Of a DNA stretch of 33,140 bases, positions 1 to 8,267 are shown piece by piece (the first letter of the stretch is position 1; the number at the start of each line of letters is the position of its first letter). A model generated the notes under the pieces. That model saw only the letters and a list, made by a program, of their open reading frames with translations. It was not told the DNA's origin and searched no databases. Location of the stretch: positions 1-33,140 of the forward strand of contig JBIILT010000001.1 of assembly GCA_044338355.1 (NCBI GenBank). Reading direction: 5' to 3'. This DNA is from Aquirufa sp. GTDB taxonomy: Bacteria; Bacteroidota; Bacteroidia; Cytophagales; Spirosomataceae. A program made the position numbers and the translations under genes.

Positions 1-98
1 TGGGAATAAATCACGAACAATTGACTTACAAACATTTGGGTCGTCGTTACCGATTAACCGATATCGCGGGGAACGTTTTACCAGGATTAATCGCGTAA
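1..98 (+). CDS. 3' end of DUF1501 domain-containing protein (partial, begins before window)
   Basis: The frame from nt 3 reads GINHEQLTYKHLGRRYRLTDIAGNVLPGLIA*, matching the typical DUF1501 C-terminus (GxxHExLTYxxxGRxxRLTD). Stop TAA (96-98) overlaps the next ATG (TAATG). Confidence 0.8.
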   Translation, partial: GINHEQLTYKHLGRRYRLTDIAGNVLPGLIA

Positions 99-2197
99 TG
101 GGGAAAGTCGAAAAGATAGGGAATTTGATTTTGTGGGGCCTCCAAGGCTTCCTCGTTTTCCTCTTGATTTTCCAGTCGAGCTTTGCTTTACCGCTATCGG
201 GAATCGGCCATTTGCATCCGCTGATTTTACACCTACCCATCGGCTTCGGGGTTTTATTATTGGGTCTTTTTGCCATCAAAAATCAGTTGCCTTCCTTCGA
301 GGTTTTAGCTGAATTTCTGTTATTAATCACCGCGATTTTTTCAACATTTACGGCCATTTTTGGTTTGTTTTTGGCCAAAGAAGGCGGCTACGAAACGAGC
401 GCTTTGGACTGGCACCAGTGGTCGGGCGTCGCTGTGTCATTTGTGTATTTTGTTTGGGTACTGCTCCGCAAAAACCTCCTCGTGGGAGCGGGTCTTGGAT
501 TCATCGCCTTAGTGATTGCTGGCCACACGGGGGCGAGTATCACGCATGGGGAAGACTATTTGCGTTTTGGGGAGAAGGCGACAGAAATCACCTCAGAAAG
601 CGTAGTCTTTGAGGACATTGTCCAACCGATTTTAAAGGCCAAATGTGAGTCGTGTCACAATGACCAAAAGACAAAAGGCGCGCTCAAAATGAATAGCATT
701 GCGAACCTGATGAAGGGCGGAAAACATGGCGCGATTTGGAAGGCCGGGGATGCGTTAAATAGTCACCTCATTCAACGAATCAAATTGCCCATGAACGCGA
801 AGGAGCACATGCCTCCGCTGGGTAAAGCACAGTTGACTCCTGACGAAATTACGATTTTGACTTTATGGGTAAAAGAAGGAGCTTCTTTCGAAAAGAAAAT
901 GGGTCAGTTCAGTGCTGATTTTCAAAAGTTAATACAACCCGCTGCAGTAACAACAAACACAAAGTCCTACGATTTTTCAGCTGCGTCGGAATCAGCCATC
1001 GAATCCGTGAATACCCCATATTGCACGGTGTATCCGATTGCAAACGAATCCCCAGCATTGCAGGCAGATTTTTATGTAGCAGCAAAATTTGACCCCAAAA
1101 CGCTATCGGATTTATCTCAAGTCAGCGAGCAGTTAGTGGGCTTGCAGCTTTCTAAAATGCCCATCACAAACGAGTCATTGAATCTGGTTTCGAAGTTCAC
1201 GCATCTTGAAAAATTGAACCTAAATTTCACGTCCATTGACGATGCGGGAATAGCACAATTGGCTGGCTTAAATCAGTTAGAACAGTTATCTATATCCGGG
1301 ACGAAAGTAGGTAAATCAGGGGTTTCGAAATTGCTTGCAAAACTACCTGCATTAAAGGAAATTCATGTGTGGAGCACGAACCTTTCAACGGCGGATTTAG
1401 CAACCTTACGCAACCAATTTCCGAAGGTAACATTCGATGCTGGCTACATTCCAAAGGAGGAAACTTTGCAGATCAATCCACCCATTTTAGTGAATGAGAA
1501 TCTGATTTTAAAACCCGGCGAAAAACTTACGTTTAAACATACCTTGCGTGACGTGTTGTTCCGCTATACGGTAAATGACTCGATTCCAGATTCGACTTCG
1601 GTACTGCAAACAAGAGCGTCCATTGCTATCAACAATTACACTAAAGTACGCATTCTAGCCACTAAGCCCGGCTGGCTCGCTAGCAAGCCCATCGACATGC
1701 GGGTGTATAAATCTCAATTCATCCCAGCCCGCATAGAACTGCTAAGCACGCCAGACCCTACCTACCCTGCAGCAGGTGGTGCCAGCTTACACGATTTTGT
1801 GTTAGGTGCTCGAGAGGTAAAAGGGGTATCCAATTATTCCTGGCTTGGATTTAAAGAAACAGACTTCGATGCGGTCGCTACATTTGCGCAGCCGGCACCC
1901 ATCCATGGCGTAACCCTTTCGTATTTAGAGCGAACGGATTCAGACGTTTTTCCTCCGGTGAAGGTGGAAGTTTGGGCTGGAGATTCGCCTGATAAATTAC
2001 GTTTGATTACGAGCGTAAAGCCGGTCCAACCTAAAGAGAAAAATGGTTATTCGCCGCGTGGGATTAACATCCCCGTGACAGGAAGTCCGGCAAAATATTA
2101 CCGCATCAAAGCAGAGCGATTAAAAAGAATGCCCGCCTTTGTGGACAATAAGGGCAAGGGGGCTTGGTTACGGGTGGACGAAGTATTGTTTTATTAA
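98..2197 (+). CDS. Planctomycete-type cytochrome c domain membrane protein (N-terminal TM/DUF2231-like region, CxxCH, LRR, FN3-associated C-terminus)
   Basis: 699-aa ORF with HPLILHLPIG TM motif, IVQPILKAKCESCH heme site, EHMPP...LTPDEITILTLWVKEGA PSCyt1-like motif and LRR-like segments (LEKLNLNFTSI, LEQLSISGTKV). Coupled to the DUF1501 gene. Confidence 0.8.
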   Translation: MGKVEKIGNLILWGLQGFLVFLLIFQSSFALPLSGIGHLHPLILHLPIGFGVLLLGLFAIKNQLPSFEVLAEFLLLITAIFSTFTAIFGLFLAKEGGYETSALDWHQWSGVAVSFVYFVWVLLRKNLLVGAGLGFIALVIAGHTGASITHGEDYLRFGEKATEITSESVVFEDIVQPILKAKCESCHNDQKTKGALKMNSIANLMKGGKHGAIWKAGDALNSHLIQRIKLPMNAKEHMPPLGKAQLTPDEITILTLWVKEGASFEKKMGQFSADFQKLIQPAAVTTNTKSYDFSAASESAIESVNTPYCTVYPIANESPALQADFYVAAKFDPKTLSDLSQVSEQLVGLQLSKMPITNESLNLVSKFTHLEKLNLNFTSIDDAGIAQLAGLNQLEQLSISGTKVGKSGVSKLLAKLPALKEIHVWSTNLSTADLATLRNQFPKVTFDAGYIPKEETLQINPPILVNENLILKPGEKLTFKHTLRDVLFRYTVNDSIPDSTSVLQTRASIAINNYTKVRILATKPGWLASKPIDMRVYKSQFIPARIELLSTPDPTYPAAGGASLHDFVLGAREVKGVSNYSWLGFKETDFDAVATFAQPAPIHGVTLSYLERTDSDVFPPVKVEVWAGDSPDKLRLITSVKPVQPKEKNGYSPRGINIPVTGSPAKYYRIKAERLKRMPAFVDNKGKGAWLRVDEVLFY

Positions 2198-2199
2198 TA

Positions 2200-2478
2200 T
2201 TAGTTACCGTTCCAGCCGTCTTTAATTCCCTTTATTAAATCATCTGAGCTACCTACTTCATAACCAAATAACCCCGCGACAACCGCTAGATGAAAAATTA
2301 ATACCGCTTTTTGCCACATGGGACGCTCTTTCCAAGGTTGATCTTGATCAAATGGATCAAATGCTAAAGCAATTCCAAATCGAGTAGCAGCCTCTAAAGC
2401 CGAGTGTTTTATGAATAATTCGTATAGTCCAAAAAGAACGAAACCGATATACAGGTATTTGTTGAAAGATGTTTTCAT
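2200..2478 (-). CDS. Small hypothetical membrane protein (92 aa)
   Basis: Two hydrophobic segments and an LAFDPFDQ..PWKERP.WQ motif. A TATTTTTG -7 element lies upstream on the minus strand (2498-2505). Confidence 0.7.
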   Translation of the reverse strand: MKTSFNKYLYIGFVLFGLYELFIKHSALEAATRFGIALAFDPFDQDQPWKERPMWQKAVLIFHLAVVAGLFGYEVGSSDDLIKGIKDGWNGN

Positions 2479-2510
2479 GTGAATTGAATCTGTGATTCAA
2501 AAATAAAGAA

Positions 2511-2576
2511 TTACGCGTAATTATCCTTAATCCATTCACTAGGCGTTAAACCTGTTTCTGATTTGAATGCTTTTCT
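2511..2576 (-). pseudogene. C-terminal remnant of an AraC-family regulator
   Basis: The minus frame reads RKAFKSETGLTPSEWIKDNYA*, the AraC second-HTH signature (FKxxTGxTPxxW/Y). There is no start codon, and an in-frame stop lies about 10 codons upstream. Confidence 0.65.
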
Positions 2577-2634
2577 ACGAAAAAGGCTCAGAAAACTAAG
2601 CCCCCCTTAAATTCTCTTCCTAATTCAAAAGAGC

Positions 2635-2662
2635 AAAAAAAAGCACCTTCGAAAAGGTGCTT
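2635..2662 (-). terminator. Rho-independent terminator after the small lipoprotein gene
   Basis: Stem AAGCACCTT/AAGGTGCTT with a 4-nt loop; the A-run at 2635-2642 gives a U-tail on the minus strand. Confidence 0.8.
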
Positions 2663-2677
2663 CTTACTAAATAACGA

Positions 2678-2905
2678 TTACTTCGGTCGATAAATCGCTC
2701 CGGTTGCGAAATCGACAACGGCACCTGGCCAAAACAAAAGAACATCAGCAATTAACGCCCCCGCTCTAATCTCCCTTGCTGGCTGACCTACAGCAGGTTT
2801 TGTTCTTTGATACTCTGTAACTCTTCCGCCAAAAACGGTGGCGCAAGAACTCATAGATGCTAAAATTGCTAAAGCAAAAAGCGATCTGGTTAAAGATTTT
2901 TTCAT
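2678..2905 (-). CDS. Small lipoprotein/membrane protein (75 aa)
   Basis: Start reassigned to MKKSLTRS (2905). Signal peptide ends in a lipobox (MSS-C), and there is a C-terminal hydrophobic hairpin IADVLLFWPGAVVDFATGAIY. Confidence 0.8.
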   Translation of the reverse strand: MKKSLTRSLFALAILASMSSCATVFGGRVTEYQRTKPAVGQPAREIRAGALIADVLLFWPGAVVDFATGAIYRPK

Positions 2906-2953
2906 GTGGTTAAATTTAGTGAACCACAAGTTAGAATTTATTAACAAATTAAG

Positions 2954-3394
2954 CTACGACTTAACTGTTAATGTTGACCCCGTAATCTCAACTGTTAAAT
3001 TCGTTAAACCCCTTGTAGCTGGCCCTTTCACTAATGACCCATTAGCGCTAAATGCTGACCCGTGAGCAGAGCAGAAAAAAGAAGTCGTAGAACTGTTGTA
3101 TTCTACCGTTGCCCCTGCATGAGGACAAGAAGAAGAGAAGGCCGCAAAGCTAATGGCCGTATTTCCTATTGCGGTTCGAATGACGATGACCCCACTTTTG
3201 GCAATAAACTCATTCACATTCTTTAATTCTGTAGCTAAATTTACGGTCACACCTGTCGTGTTACCAACGGGAATTGTAGTGTTTCCTGGCGTAACAGGCT
3301 CCTCTTTAGAACAGGCCGCGGCCATACAAGCAACACAAGTGACTGCAAGGCCCCCCGTTAATTTATTCAAAAACTCTTCGCGATTTATTTTCAT
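2954..3394 (-). CDS. Rieske (2Fe-2S) domain lipoprotein
   Basis: CPHAG...CSAHGSAF Rieske ligand boxes and GPA motif. Tat-like N-terminus (INREEFL) with an AAAC lipobox. Confidence 0.9.
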   Translation of the reverse strand: MKINREEFLNKLTGGLAVTCVACMAAACSKEEPVTPGNTTIPVGNTTGVTVNLATELKNVNEFIAKSGVIVIRTAIGNTAISFAAFSSSCPHAGATVEYNSSTTSFFCSAHGSAFSANGSLVKGPATRGLTNLTVEITGSTLTVKS

Positions 3395-3483
3395 CTAATT
3401 AGCTGTTTATCAGACTTTAAACTAGAAAGAACTCCATTTGTTTTGAAAAAAACTCCCTAGTTATTAACAATCGCCTTTCGTCT

Positions 3484-3504
3484 TATTTAAAATAATTCTA
3501 AATA
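3484..3504. promoter_or_regulatory. Putative Fur-type operator, copy 1
   Basis: Near-palindrome TATTTAAAATAATTCTAAATA, repeated 60 bp downstream, in the divergent Rieske/TonB intergenic region. Confidence 0.6.
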
Positions 3505-3505
3505 G

Positions 3506-3538
3506 TGTTGTAGAATTCGCATCCACTACTTACATTTG
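3506..3538 (+). promoter_or_regulatory. Bacteroidota housekeeping-sigma promoter for the TonB receptor
   Basis: -7 element TACATTTG (3531-3538) with TTG upstream (3508-3510), sandwiched between the two operator copies. Confidence 0.65.
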
Positions 3539-3543
3539 CACTC

Positions 3544-3564
3544 TATTTAAAATTAGTCTAAATA
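3544..3564. promoter_or_regulatory. Putative Fur-type operator, copy 2
   Basis: Near-palindrome TATTTAAAATTAGTCTAAATA, 19/21 identical to copy 1, lying between the promoter and the GTG start. Confidence 0.6.
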
Positions 3565-3572
3565 AAATCTGA

Positions 3573-5996
3573 GTGAAAAACCGCCTTTTAGCCTTCTTAT
3601 TCATACTTCCTTTCTCTTCTATTGCACAATTAGGGGCTATTTCGGGGCAGATTACTTCCGAAACAAAGGAGCCACTTCCTGGGGCCACTATTGCGCTCGT
3701 AGGTACGGTACGCGGAGTAGAAAGTAATGCAAAAGGCAACTATATATTGAAAGGATTAAAGCCTGGTCAGTATACAGTCAAAGTGAGTTTTGTTGGTTAC
3801 AAACCCAGCCTAGTAGAAGTCACGCTAAAAGAAGGCGAGCAGCGTGAAGCAAACATTTCTTTAAGCGATGTGACAGAACTTCAAGGCGTTTCGGTTTTTG
3901 CCCAATCAGGGGTAAAAGGGAACACGTTTTTACCAGAGGTAAACGAATACACCATCACGGCTGGCAAAAAAAATGAGGTCATCCTGCTCGATAACCTGCA
4001 GGCTAATTTAGCGATGAATAATTCCCGCCAAATCTTTTCTAAAACTCCCGGAATATCCATTTGGGAAAGCGATGGTTCAGGCATCCAATTAGGAGTGGCG
4101 TCGAGAGGACTTTCGCCTAACCGGTCCTGGGAATTCAATGTGCGTATGGACGGTTACGACATTACTCCAGACCCAATGGGTTATCCGGAGGCCTATTACA
4201 CCCCACCGATGGAAGTTGTGGACCGCATTGAAATTATTCGAGGGGCGAGCTCGCTACAATATGGCCCACAGTTTGGAGGGCTAATGAATTTCGTCCTTCG
4301 CAAGCCTGATCTTTCTACGAAGCTGGTGGTTGAAAGCCAAAACACCACCGGAAATAATGGCCTCTTTAGCTCCTTTAATTACCTAGGGGGAACAGCAGGA
4401 CGTTTAAGTTATACTACCTACTACCAGAAGAGAGTAGGAAATGGATGGCGCCAAAACTCCTATTTTAACACGGACCACTCGCACGCAGAGTTATCCTACG
4501 CCGTTTCAAACAAACTTAAATTAGGGGCCCAGCTGACTTATATGTACACACAAAGTCAACAAGCCGGCGGTTTAACCGATTCCGAATTTGCCCAAAATGC
4601 CCAGCAAAGCAAGCGCGCTAGAAACTGGTTTAGCAATCCCTGGTTCATCTATGCATTGACTGCTGACTATGTTATTAATACAGAATCGAAACTAAGTTTG
4701 AAGTATTTTGGGACCACGGCTGAACGCAATTCCGTGGGCTTCACGAAGGCCATAAATGAGGCTGATCTTATGGGAAGCAGACAAGTAGACCGAGATTTTT
4801 ACCAAACAAACGGCATGGAATTGCGCTACCTACTAAACTACCGCCTAGGGTCTTGGAAAAATACGGTGGCCACAGGTCTTCGGTATTTCGGCGGTGAAAT
4901 GAAAAGAAAGCAATTAGGTGTGGGAAGCAATGGAAGCGGTATGGATTTTGACATTCAAGGATTGTATACTCGGGATTTGGTCTTCCATAATACCAATTAC
5001 GCTGCTTTTGCGGAGACGATTCTTCGGCCAATCGACCGGATCCTAGTTACTTTGGGAGCCCGTTTGGAACAAATCGAAACACATATGGCTGGACAATCTG
5101 GTCTGAGCGCCACTGGTTCACCCATCACGGCCATACCGAGTAGCCGAGGACGATCATTCGTCTTGCTAGGCGCTGGAGCAGAATACAAAGTGAGCATAAA
5201 TACGAAACTCTACAGTAATATCGCACAAGCTTATCGCCCTGTTTTATCCTCCGATTTATTACCTCCAGCGACCACAGACGTGATTGATCCTAATTTATCG
5301 GATGCCAAAGGTTTCAATTTCGACCTAGGCTACCGAGGAGAACTGGGGAATTACTTGACTTTTGATGTGGACTATTTCTACCTCGATTACGATAACCGAG
5401 TTGGGACCATTTCGCGCACAAATAGCGAAGGAAAAATCTTCCAATACCGTACCAATCTGGGTCATTCGGTTTCCAAAGGCGCAGAAGCCTATGTCGAATT
5501 TAGCCCTACGACAGCTTGGCTAAAAGGGACCAAAATAGGTAATATTTCTGTTTTTGCCTCCATCGCTGCTATCCAAGCGCGCTACCTCGATTTCAAAACA
5601 ACGTCTGTCGTAAACAACCAAATAGTGGAAGGGAATTTAGCTGGCAAATCAGTAGAAAATGCGCCCGAGAAAATCAACCGATATGGAATCACCTATTCGA
5701 AAAAAGGCCTATCCCTCAGCTGGCAAATCAGCGATATCGGTCAAGCCTTTGCAGACGCTAGCAACACCGTTGCCCCTAATTCCGCAGCGACCACTGGTTT
5801 AATTCCGGCTTACCAGGTGCAAGATATTTCTGGCTCATACAAGTTTAAAAAGTATGCACAGCTGAAATTTGGCGTAAACAACTTAACGGATGCGCGCTAT
5901 TTTACACGTAGATCTGGCGGTTATCCAGGGCCTGGAATTCTGCCGGCAGATGGCCGAACTTGGTATGTAGGTTTGAATGTGAAGTTTGTGAATTAG
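3573..5996 (+). CDS. TonB-dependent receptor (FecA-like, probable iron uptake) with N-terminal carboxypeptidase-regulatory-like domain
   Basis: 807 aa. Signal peptide, ISGQITSETKEPLPGATI N-domain, plug motif RIEIIRGASSLQYG, and C-terminal GVNNLTDARY...GRTWYVGLNVKF. Confidence 0.92.
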   Translation: MKNRLLAFLFILPFSSIAQLGAISGQITSETKEPLPGATIALVGTVRGVESNAKGNYILKGLKPGQYTVKVSFVGYKPSLVEVTLKEGEQREANISLSDVTELQGVSVFAQSGVKGNTFLPEVNEYTITAGKKNEVILLDNLQANLAMNNSRQIFSKTPGISIWESDGSGIQLGVASRGLSPNRSWEFNVRMDGYDITPDPMGYPEAYYTPPMEVVDRIEIIRGASSLQYGPQFGGLMNFVLRKPDLSTKLVVESQNTTGNNGLFSSFNYLGGTAGRLSYTTYYQKRVGNGWRQNSYFNTDHSHAELSYAVSNKLKLGAQLTYMYTQSQQAGGLTDSEFAQNAQQSKRARNWFSNPWFIYALTADYVINTESKLSLKYFGTTAERNSVGFTKAINEADLMGSRQVDRDFYQTNGMELRYLLNYRLGSWKNTVATGLRYFGGEMKRKQLGVGSNGSGMDFDIQGLYTRDLVFHNTNYAAFAETILRPIDRILVTLGARLEQIETHMAGQSGLSATGSPITAIPSSRGRSFVLLGAGAEYKVSINTKLYSNIAQAYRPVLSSDLLPPATTDVIDPNLSDAKGFNFDLGYRGELGNYLTFDVDYFYLDYDNRVGTISRTNSEGKIFQYRTNLGHSVSKGAEAYVEFSPTTAWLKGTKIGNISVFASIAAIQARYLDFKTTSVVNNQIVEGNLAGKSVENAPEKINRYGITYSKKGLSLSWQISDIGQAFADASNTVAPNSAATTGLIPAYQVQDISGSYKFKKYAQLKFGVNNLTDARYFTRRSGGYPGPGILPADGRTWYVGLNVKFVN

Positions 5997-6045
5997 GCCA
6001 CGGACATTGCAAGGCAATTTGGGCATTGTTTAAAGGGAAGACGGA

Positions 6046-6303
6046 TTAGTCGTAGTGAAAACGACATTTTGCGATTTGAATTTCGTCATCTACGATTCGG
6101 TAAATAAGCCGATGTTCTTCGTCAATTCTTCTGGACCAAAACCCAGCATAATTAAATTTTAGTGCTTCCGGTTTCCCAATTCCATCAAATGGATTTCGAG
6201 AAATGTCCTTAAGAATCTCATTGATCCGCTTGATTTTGTGCTTATCAATTTTCTGCCAATACAGATAGTCCTCCCATGAAAGCTCCGTGAATACAATTTT
6301 CAT
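6046..6303 (-). CDS. yoeB: Txe/YoeB family toxin
   Basis: WEDYLYWQ...PFDGIGKPEALK...GFWSRRIDEEHRLIY...CRFHY. Overlaps the antitoxin stop codon by 1 nt. Confidence 0.95.
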   Translation of the reverse strand: MKIVFTELSWEDYLYWQKIDKHKIKRINEILKDISRNPFDGIGKPEALKFNYAGFWSRRIDEEHRLIYRIVDDEIQIAKCRFHYD

Positions 6304-6554
6304 TATTCAGCGAGGTCCTTGTACACTTTCTTGCCTGCTTTTAATGATTCGATGGATTCGTCCAATCGTTGTTGATTCTTGCGAGAGGACAATTCATGCT
6401 GCGTACTTTTTAGCGAATTATACTCCTCTAAAGACATAATGACCACGCCTGAGTCTTTTCCTCTGTTAATAATAAGCGTGTCAAAACTTTCGGTCACACG
6501 ATCGAAATAGCTTTTAATATCTTTTCTAAAATCGGATAAGGTAGTCGTTAACAT
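6303..6554 (-). CDS. yefM: Phd/YefM family antitoxin
   Basis: Start reassigned to MLTTTLSDFRK (6554). Contains LIINRGKDSGVVIMSLEEYNSL and NQQRLDESI motifs. Confidence 0.93.
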   Translation of the reverse strand: MLTTTLSDFRKDIKSYFDRVTESFDTLIINRGKDSGVVIMSLEEYNSLKSTQHELSSRKNQQRLDESIESLKAGKKVYKDLAE

Positions 6555-6556
6555 TT

Positions 6557-6586
6557 TGTACAATTTAATGTACAATATTATGTACA
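6557..6586. promoter_or_regulatory. yefM-yoeB autoregulatory operator (three TGTACA palindromes)
   Basis: TGTACA at 6557, 6569 and 6581 (12-bp period) immediately upstream of the yefM start. This is the same core and spacing as the E. coli yefM-yoeB operator. Confidence 0.85.
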
Positions 6587-6677
6587 TAATTTTACAAAAC
6601 CAAAAATTTGTCTCTTTCCCATTGTTTAGAAACATACTGTCAACACCTGAAAATCGCTCCTACACGCGCCGCGAAAT

Positions 6678-6711
6678 AAAAAAGGGTTATGAATTTCTCC
6701 ATAACCCTTTT
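6678..6711 (-). terminator. Rho-independent terminator
   Basis: AAAAGGGTTATG/CATAACCCTTTT inverted repeat 19 nt after the stop at 6731. Confidence 0.8.
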
Positions 6712-6730
6712 GAATTATAGATTCAACATA

Positions 6731-7881
6731 CTATTTATCTACATGCTTTTTAAGTAAACTTTGAATAGAGAATAATAATAGTAAAATAGCCACTAACAAA
6801 ATTCCTACAAAAGCACCGCCGGCTGACATAAGTGAGGTCAATTGTTGCGCCGTCTTTTGGGCTTTTTCCTCATTCTGTTTAGCAATAGCCATCGCTAACT
6901 TCTCCCCATACAAATTAATGTATTTACGAAGAGTTGTATAAAGTCCATTTTGGCTATAATAATCTAAATCGCCAATGTAACCATCCAGTGCTTTTTTAAG
7001 CTCTTCATCCTCTAATGACGCCCCTATTATTAAAGATGCCACTTTAAAATAATCGTCTCGATCTTTCGAACTTGTAGAGGCTAATTTAGCATGCTCTTTT
7101 AACAAATTTACGGCTAAATCAACCCTTAATTTAGATGGGCGCTCTTCCATGTAGAAGCGCAAATAATCATAAAATAAATTGATTGATTTTTGGTCATCGA
7201 TGGAAATATCTTTTAATTCAATTCCAGACTGTAATACAAAAGTGTTTGCAAAATCCTCTTTAACTGCATTGGGATAGGCGGTTAATATATAAAAATGCTG
7301 AGGATAGGCTTCCTTCAAATAGTTAGTGCTCGTTTTCTTGATTAAAAAATGCATGGCCTCTATGACCGCTATTTTCCCACAATAATCCGCAGAATCAATC
7401 CCCCGTTTTGCGTAAACTTCATTTAACATGGAAGGAATTGCAGCAGGATTAGGAACAAAGGTTTTAATAGTAGCTGGACTACTAGTAGCAACAGCCGCAG
7501 TATCTGCATATTCGGAATATTCAGAATAATCAGAATAACTATCTTGAACCACATCGATCGAATCGCCTAATTTCACCCATTCCTCACTAGGTAAATCTTT
7601 TTTCAAACTATCAAGCCATAAATTGTATTGACTCTGCTCACAGGTGCTGACAACAGGAGCTGACACAACTGTCGAGGTGTCAACTTGATTTTGAATAACC
7701 TCTGATTTACTAATACTTACATCACATCCCTTCCGGTAGGAGTTGAATTAAAAATTAGCCAAATAATGCTTAACCCTAAGACCGTTAAACCGATCAAAGC
7801 ATTAATCTGAAACGTTCTTCTACCGATGGGAAATACGAATCTTTCCTCCATAGAATCCAAAAATGCACGAATTTTTTTCAT
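6731..7881 (-). pseudogene. Frameshifted membrane protein with N- and C-terminal TM helices (381 aa if repaired)
   Basis: The 5' part MKKIRAFLDSMEERFVFPIGRRTFQINALIGLTVLGLSIIWLIFNSTPTGRDVM* starts at 7881. The 311-aa track ORF is open upstream as DVSISKSEVIQNQVDTSTV. Removing one unit of the ACATC-ACATC repeat (7719-7728) fuses the two frames. Confidence 0.8.
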
Positions 7882-7964
7882 AATATTGTGTGTTAGTATA
7901 GTATAAAAATAACTTGAATTATTAATATAATTGCCAAAAATTCATATTATTTATTTAAAGGCTG

Positions 7965-8150
7965 CTAACACGGACGATAAATTGCCCCTGTCACAAAGTC
8001 AACAATTGCTCCCGACCAAAACACAATAACATCAGCGATTAACACTCCTGCTCTAACCTCCCTTGCGGGCTGACCTGGAGCTGGTTTTGTACGTTGATAT
8101 TCTGTCACTCTATCACCGAAAACGGTAGCATAAGAACTCATGGATGCTAC
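7965..8150 (-). pseudogene. 5'-truncated, decayed paralog of the 2678-2905 lipoprotein gene
   Basis: 7965-8141 encodes MSSYATVFGDRVTEYQRTKPAPGQPAREVRAGVLIADVIVFWSGAIVDFVTGAIYRPC*, 47/58 aa identical to the intact copy. The signal peptide is missing and the lipobox Cys is replaced by Tyr. Confidence 0.88.
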
Positions 8151-8267
8151 TTTGGCCTTTTTATTTATGAAACGGTAAAAAATCCCCCAATATTATATTC
8201 AGAAGTTACCTCGCCTCCTTTAACATTCAATATTTTTTTATATTTACCAAAACTAATAAACCTACCT

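Noticed and set aside
6555-6635. Extended yefM N-terminus (similar extensions at 2947, 10840, 11404, 16527, 28209)
   Set aside because: The yefM, 10840 and 11404 extensions run through operator or promoter sequence; in all cases the downstream ATG gives a family-typical N-terminus.
7502-7537. 9-bp degenerate tandem repeats encoding YSDYSEYSEYAD
   Set aside because: In-frame low-complexity linker; too short and degenerate to indicate a switch.
8094-8267. 58-aa N-terminal extension of the PqaA ORF in the track
   Set aside because: It overlaps the antisense lipoprotein pseudogene and promoter DNA; the signal peptide begins at ATG 8268.
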